The notes under the pieces are model-generated. The model was not told the origin of the DNA, did no database searches, and saw only the letters and a program-made list of their open reading frames with translations. A DNA stretch of 8,368 bases, from the IMG/VR virus record IMGVR_UViG_2609460059_000004; one strand, 5' to 3'. Shown one piece after another: positions 6,610-8,368 of this stretch. The translations under genes were made by a program, and so were the position numbers. The DNA comes from a virus (lineage: Duplodnaviria; Heunggongvirae; Uroviricota; Caudoviricetes). Within the stretch, counting starts at the first letter, position 1, and each line of letters opens with the position of its first letter.

Positions 6610-7070
6610 ACAGAGTAACCGCGATTATCTCCGCTCTGGTTATCTGCATCATCGTCTGCCTGTCATGGGCTGTTAATCATTACCGTGATAATGCCATTAC
6701 CTACAAAGCGCAACGCGATAATGTGAAGGAAAAACTCAACCAGGCGACCGCAATCATTACTGACATGCAGATACGCCAGCGTGATGTTGCTGCACTCGAT
6801 GCAAAATACCTGAAGGAGTTAGCTGATGCGAAAGCTGAAAATGATGCTCTGCGTGATGATGTTGCCGCTGGTCGTCGTCGGTTGCACATCAAAGCAGTCT
6901 GTCCGTCCGTGCGTGAAGCCACCATCGCCTCCAGCGTGGATAATGCAGTCTCCCCCAGACTGGCAGACACCGCTGAACGGGATTATTTCACCCTCCGGGA
7001 ACGACTGGTAATGATGCAGGCCCAACTTGAAGGTGCTCAGCAATACATAACCGAACAGTGTTTAAAGTAA
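6606..7070 (+). CDS. Rz: Rz-like inner-membrane spanin (i-spanin)
   Basis: ATG 6606 overlaps the endolysin stop (ATGA). N-terminal TM segment [14 protein letters not shown], then a charged, coiled-coil-like periplasmic domain. The track start at 6594 is a GTG. Confidence 0.85.
6826..7011 (+). CDS. Rz1: Rz1-like outer-membrane lipoprotein spanin (o-spanin), embedded in Rz in the +1 frame
   Basis: [24 protein letters not shown]: signal peptide with lipobox (VVGC), followed by a proline-rich mature region (PPSPPAW...PPDW); lies entirely within Rz. Confidence 0.8.
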   Translation: MRKLKMMLCVMMLPLVVVGCTSKQSVRPCVKPPSPPAWIMQSPPDWQTPLNGIISPSGNDW

Positions 7071-7129
7071 AATCTTAACTACAATATGATTCATTTTGAT
7101 GATTGTTTCATAAGGAACAGTGAAGTAAG

Positions 7130-7170
7130 ATCTAAGATGAGTTAAATTTTATACAGTATAATCATAATGT
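7130..7170 (+). promoter_or_regulatory. candidate promoter for the trkG-like gene
   Basis: Perfect TATAAT at 7157-7162 in AT-rich DNA; no convincing -35. Confidence 0.2.
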
Positions 7171-7207
7171 TGCAGCAAGGTGGTTATAATTGAAAGAATA
7201 TTTAGAT

Positions 7208-8275
7208 ATGAATACATCTCATGTAAGAGTTGTTACTCATATGTGTGGGTTCCTGGTTTGGCTCTATAGTCTTTCAATGTTGCCACCAATGGTTGTAGCA
7301 TTGTTTTATAAAGAAAAAAGCCTGTTCGTTTTCTTTATAACTTTCGTTATATTTTTTTGCATTGGTGGCGGAGCGTGGTATACAACTAAGAAATCTGGTA
7401 TTCAATTACGTACCCGTGATGGGTTTATTATAATTGTAATGTTTTGGATTTTGTTTTCTGTTATTAGTGCATTCCCTTTATGGATTGACTCAGAACTTAA
7501 TTTAACGTTTATTGATGCTCTATTTGAAGGGGTTTCTGGAATAACAACAACAGGAGCAACTGTAATTGATGATGTTAGTTCATTACCTCGGGCATATTTG
7601 TACTATCGGTCACAGTTAAATTTTATAGGTGGCTTAGGAGTTATTGTTCTGGCGGTTGCTGTATTGCCATTATTGGGTATTGGTGGTGCAAAGCTTTATC
7701 AGTCAGAAATGCCAGGGCCATTTAAGGATGACAAACTTACTCCCCGCCTGGCCGATACGTCACGGACACTTTGGATAACTTATTCTTTATTAGGTATTGC
7801 TTGTATTGTCTGTTATAGACTTGCAGGAATGCCTTTGTTTGATGCTATTTGTCACGGGATATCCACAGTTTCGCTTGGTGGTTTCTCAACTCATAGCGAG
7901 AGTATCGGATATTTTAATAACTATTTGGTTGAGCTGGTGGCTGGTTCTTTTTCCCTGCTATCGGCTTTCAACTTCACCCTTTGGTATATTGTTATTAGCA
8001 GGAAAACGTTAAAACCTTTAATCAGAGATATTGAACTTCGTTTCTTTCTGTTAATAGCCTTAGGGGTGATCATTGTTACCTCTTTCCAGGTCTGGCATAT
8101 AGGTATGTATGACTTGCCTGGAAGTTTTATTCATTCGTTTTTTCTTGCCAGCTCCATGCTCACTGATAATGGTTTAGCTACGCAGGATTATGCAAACTGG
8201 CCCACGCACACGATAGTGTTTTTGCTGTTGTCAAGTTTCTTTGGGGGATGTATCTTGGCGGCCCGCTTGGACTAA
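7208..8275 (+). CDS. trkG: TrkG/TrkH-family potassium uptake protein, truncated: ends after 355 codons at a TAA where the conserved family motif should follow
   Basis: Multi-TM protein with glycine-containing P-loops (GITTTGATV, SLGGFSTHS, SSMLTDNGLATQ) and the run LLLSSFFGGCI, which aligns with TrkH LLLCSAFIGGCAGSTGGGLK as I recall it. The frame then reads LAARLD and stops at 8273-8275. Start taken at ATG 7208 (MNTSHVRV...); the track start at 7190 is a TTG. Visibly AT-rich; position after the spanins matches trkG in the Rac prophage. Confidence 0.8.
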   Translation: MNTSHVRVVTHMCGFLVWLYSLSMLPPMVVALFYKEKSLFVFFITFVIFFCIGGGAWYTTKKSGIQLRTRDGFIIIVMFWILFSVISAFPLWIDSELNLTFIDALFEGVSGITTTGATVIDDVSSLPRAYLYYRSQLNFIGGLGVIVLAVAVLPLLGIGGAKLYQSEMPGPFKDDKLTPRLADTSRTLWITYSLLGIACIVCYRLAGMPLFDAICHGISTVSLGGFSTHSESIGYFNNYLVELVAGSFSLLSAFNFTLWYIVISRKTLKPLIRDIELRFFLLIALGVIIVTSFQVWHIGMYDLPGSFIHSFFLASSMLTDNGLATQDYANWPTHTIVFLLLSSFFGGCILAARLD

Positions 8276-8368
8276 TGTCTATCGGTTTAATGGCCATTTT
8301 GGTCAGAGGTCTGGGGTTACTGATGCTGGGGGTTGCTTCAACGGCGGGCCAGTTACTGGGATCAGTAT
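8275..8368 (+). CDS. unidentified ORF with hydrophobic N-terminus, runs off the right edge
   Basis: ATG 8275 overlaps the trkG stop (TAATG); reads MSIGLMAILVRGLGLLMLGVASTAGQLLGSV... An in-frame ATG also exists at 8248. Not recognisable as the remaining TrkH sequence in any frame. Confidence 0.3.
   Translation, partial: MSIGLMAILVRGLGLLMLGVASTAGQLLGSV

Noticed and set aside
6181-7043. Minus-strand ORFs 6181-6366, 6701-6970 and 6819-7043
   Set aside because: Antisense to the endolysin and Rz genes; no independent support.
7797-8012. 71-aa + ORF inside the trkG-like gene
   Set aside because: Out-of-frame internal ORF within a well-supported membrane-protein CDS.

Overview
This window reads as the nin-to-lysis segment of a lambdoid (phage-21/Rac-like) prophage from an Enterobacteriaceae host, with all confident genes on the + strand. 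Left to right: a DUF883 (ElaB/YqjD-like) gene fragment on the minus strand at the left edge; a hypothetical protein; a QueH-type epoxyqueuosine reductase; a Hok-family type I toxin locus whose reading frame has a TAA at codon 4; a small ORF followed by a Doc/Fic-family toxin-like gene; an AT-rich small ORF; translationally coupled DUF1367, DUF1364 (YbcO-like) and a putative late antiterminator Q; a candidate late promoter and terminator; tandem tRNA-Thr(UGU) and tRNA-Gly(UCC); about 780 bp of structured non-coding DNA; an S21-type dual-start pinholin, SAR endolysin and embedded Rz/Rz1 spanins; and an AT-rich TrkG/TrkH-family potassium transporter gene that stops abruptly at a sequence junction near 8255. 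Most worth a second look are the stacked toxin-like and translation-related cargo genes (QueH, hok, small ORF plus Doc-like, tRNAs) and the two apparent junctions at the window edges. No CRISPR array, transposase or Shiga toxin gene is present. All calls come from reading the sequence and recalled family motifs; no searches were run.
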